A stretch of 63,777 nt of DNA, the filler included, from Collodictyon triciliatum (Eukaryota): assembly GCA_043381765.1 (NCBI GenBank). It is 6 parts of 6 records of this genome, joined end to end, with 100 filler letters (N's around TTAATTAATTAA, not from the genome) between each part and the next. Parts side by side here need not be neighbours in the genome. Positions count along the whole stretch, not along the records: positions 60,573 to 63,777 come from JBHJMP010002197.1; 5 more parts are not named here. One strand, written 5' to 3'. Both the position numbers and the translations under genes were made by a program. This document shows positions 60,810 to 63,777 of this stretch, one piece after another. Numbering within the stretch: the first letter of the stretch is position 1; every line of letters begins with the position of its first letter. The notes beneath the pieces were generated by a model. It made no database searches. It was not told the origin of the DNA and saw nothing but the letters and a program-made list of their open reading frames with translations.

Positions 60810-61964
60810 ATGAATGAGGTAGTCGCTGCACTCTTCCTTCTTCTGTTCGCCATCTTCCAAGCCCGACTGTTCTTGGATTTGCAGCAACTCCCTACCGAGC
60901 GCGAGCCGTGGCGAGTCGGTGAGAAGATCATATCATCAGAAAGAAAAGAAAACTGTCAAGACGTGAAGCGGATGAGCATTCTACCATCTCGATAAGATAT
61001 GCCGCTCCTATAGCGCAGCCCCCCCCCCCCCTTAAACAAAGGCCTTTCGTTTTCCATCCGCCAGGAGCTTTCTGATGTCGTATACTCACCCTGCCTAGAT
61101 CTCTTCCGAAGGCTGATCTTTGTGGACACATGCGGCACGGGCGTCGGGTGCGATTTTACGGGGCAAAACGCAGTGGTTCTGGACACTTACACTGTGCCTG
61201 ACGGAGTCGAACTTGTGCTGCTGATAGCCTCAGACGATGGGACAGACATGAATGGAGACTGGCCGCTGGGATGCAGTGACTTATTTCGTGGAGACATGAG
61301 CCATCTCTGGAGGGTTGTTGTGATGCATTCAAAAAGCAACTTCGTCGGGGGCGACAGCAATCTTGTGAAGATGATTCAACGCTGCATCTCTCCTTCTCGT
61401 ATCTCCTTTGTTCAATCGAATATTAACTTGAACGACTCCACAGTTGGGTACGTCATTCATACTGCACTGAGACAACAGTTTCCGAAAATGCATGAACGCG
61501 GCTACGATAAGCTCCGCGCCATGTTCTTCATTCGCCCCCAATACTGCACCCTTCACACGAAACATCCGCATTGGCTCGACATCATCACAAAGCGATTCCT
61601 TCGCACGCTGCCTGATCCGACTCCCCCATACTGGATCGATTCGGCCACATCGCGACCTTTCCAAATGCCCATATCCATGCAGAACATACTTCCTCGCAAT
61701 CTCCCGCTTCTTATCATGTCCTGTGCATGGTTTCGTCCCAGCATTCGCCTCATGTCCATGTTGGAGCAAGTGCTGCGGCCGGGAAGGTGGGCGCCCGACA
61801 CAGACTTTTCCCTTCAATTCCATCTCCTGCGCTCGTCCAACTACACTCTCTTGCGCTCCACAGCACACCACTTTGCATCCTCGAACCTCATCTGCCACGC
61901 AGAGGCCGAAGAGTATCTCGACAAGGATATCTGTGTGATGTTCTCATCTTGGAAGCCGCAATGA
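60810..61964 (+). CDS. Uncharacterised protein with N-terminal signal/anchor helix, 2 exons
   Basis: Exon 60810-60918 (MNEVVAALFLLLFAIFQARLFLDL...) splices in phase via GT-AG to the long exon 61099-61964. Confidence 0.7.
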
Positions 61965-62202
61965 CACGTCCCTCGACCAACGAATATATGTTTTTGTATA
62001 AATCTGGAAAGACCACAGCCTCCGATCTCTTTTTTTTTTTTTTTCGTTCTTTTGCGTTTTCTGTTGGTTACTTTAGTATCAGCATAATCACACACAACAT
62101 CCTCAGAGGCAAACACATAGAATCCGTGAGACAGCTGCATTGAGGCTGGGCATAAGCTATGCTCTGACTGCTGGAGTAACCATCACTCTATAGTTTTCTG
62201 CA

Positions 62203-63507
62203 ATGGGCTCGCCTTGGGTTGGAGACAAGACGCAGTTTGGATACAAGATGCTTCTGAAGATGGGTTGGAAGGACGGCAACGGACTCGGGGCGAATCAGGA
62301 CGGAGCTGTGAAGCCGATTGTAAACTCAAAGAACCTCGAAAACAGAGGTCACCATTACGCTGCCCCCTTGCTCTTATTCTGCAACCCTTGTATTCTTGTG
62401 AGCTGACTCTGGCCTTTGTGCATCTTTGTGTACGTGATTGTGTGACTTTGCTTTAGGGTCGTTTGTGTGCTTCTTATTGTATTGTATTTTATCGTATTTT
62501 ATTGTATTGTATTGCACAATAGGCATCGGGGCAAAGAGAACCTCAGACAACTGGATCCACGGAGCAAGCGATTTCGAGAAGCTTCTCAAAAGACTGAACG
62601 AGGCGAAAGCTCCGGGTGACGAACCCTCTCAGGTGAAAACGGAGCCAGAGCCTGTCAGTAATAGGGTCGATAAGGAAGAGGTGAAAGAGAGTGTCGAGGA
62701 AGAGGAGGTCGGGACTGAGGCGCAGAAGCGTGGCCCTAGAATGAGGTAATGCAGGAGAAGTGTTATATTTTTTTCATTTTTGCTCTCCATTTATTTTTTC
62801 CTTTAACTTTCGATTTCTTCCGTCGAGTTCAGTAGAGGGACATTAGTGGGCGTCTCTGTGATAACATTATTTTTTTTTTTTTGTTGTTGTTTAATATGCA
62901 TGTTCTTTATATTCTCCAAGGTACACTCGAATCCTCAAGTCTAAGGGCATTATCCGCAGTGAGCATTCGGCCGACAGAATGGCAGAGGTTTTCGCCATGA
63001 CGCGCAAAGAACAGCTGGGTGTTGATGTGAGAGCATATGTGAATAACATCGAGATAAGGACAACATGGGATTTGTGAAATTACTAGAATTAAGCAATGCC
63101 CCTTTAATCTCACACATGTGCATACATAACAGGCTCCTGAGGTTGCTGTTGATGACATAGATGGACATCATGACTTGAACAGAAAGGCCAACAAGTCGCG
63201 AGCAGATGCCGCACCCAAAACAGATGGTAGAAATGATGAGGATGTTTCAGATGGAAACCATACAAATGATGCAGAGCCAGATTTTACAGAGCAGCAGTTG
63301 GCATCAGACCCAAAACTAGCAGATAAGGAGAAGAAACAAAAGAAAAACAAACGGAAGCATTTACATGAAGAAATTCCTGCTGTTGATGGCGAAGTCCTAT
63401 CAGAAACAGTTACACACAAGGATGAACCAGAGATATCCGTGAAACTTTCTAAGAAAGAAAGGAAGGCACTCAAAAAGAAGCAGCGGGAAAGTGAGGGTCG
63501 ATCATAA
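62203..63507 (+). CDS. PINX1: G-patch protein, PINX1/Pxr1 (or GPATCH4)-like
   Basis: WVGDKTQFGYKMLLKMGWKDGNGLGANQDG...GIGAKRTSDNWIHGASDFEKLLKRLN, with a K/E-rich tail. Confidence 0.8.
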
Positions 63508-63680
63508 CATCCAAGCCACTATTTAAACTCCTAATCATGCCAAAAAAATTATTTTTTTTTATTTATCGTACACATCTTTACAAAACGATTCACCTGCTAT
63601 TCTGTTTTCATTCACATAAGATAAACAAATAAAATTCAGCTTGAAAGAACCGCTCGTATCCAAACCTCTTCAAAATCATA

Positions 63681-63777
<97 letters not shown>

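Overview
AT-rich, intron-dense eukaryotic nuclear DNA from an aerobic, probably flagellated protist (mitochondrial citrate synthase and ISCA1, axonemal CFAP210). The window is six contigs joined by artificial 100-nt N44-TTAATTAATTAA-N44 linkers, so gene order across linkers is meaningless. Manual GT-AG splicing gives about 15 protein genes: a Cys-rich-ectodomain THH1/TOM1-type 7TM receptor, CstF-77, a PI-PLC with ankyrin repeats in its X-Y linker, a C2/MUN protein with tandem GRAM-like domains, an EF-hand protein, ISCA1, citrate synthase, CFAP210, a WD40+SEL1 protein, a Ulp2/SENP6-type protease, SGF29, a PINX1-like G-patch protein and several unknowns. The main signal the genes do not explain is two families of poly(A)-tailed non-LTR retroelement insertions. 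Most copies are 19-57 nt 3' stubs bounded by 12-19 bp target-site duplications, and one family links to a decayed L1/Tx1-like ORF2 end at about 1820-2398. The receptor's terminal exon is also duplicated, with a tightly localised divergent patch. All calls are from manual reading without database searches, and gene ends are approximate.
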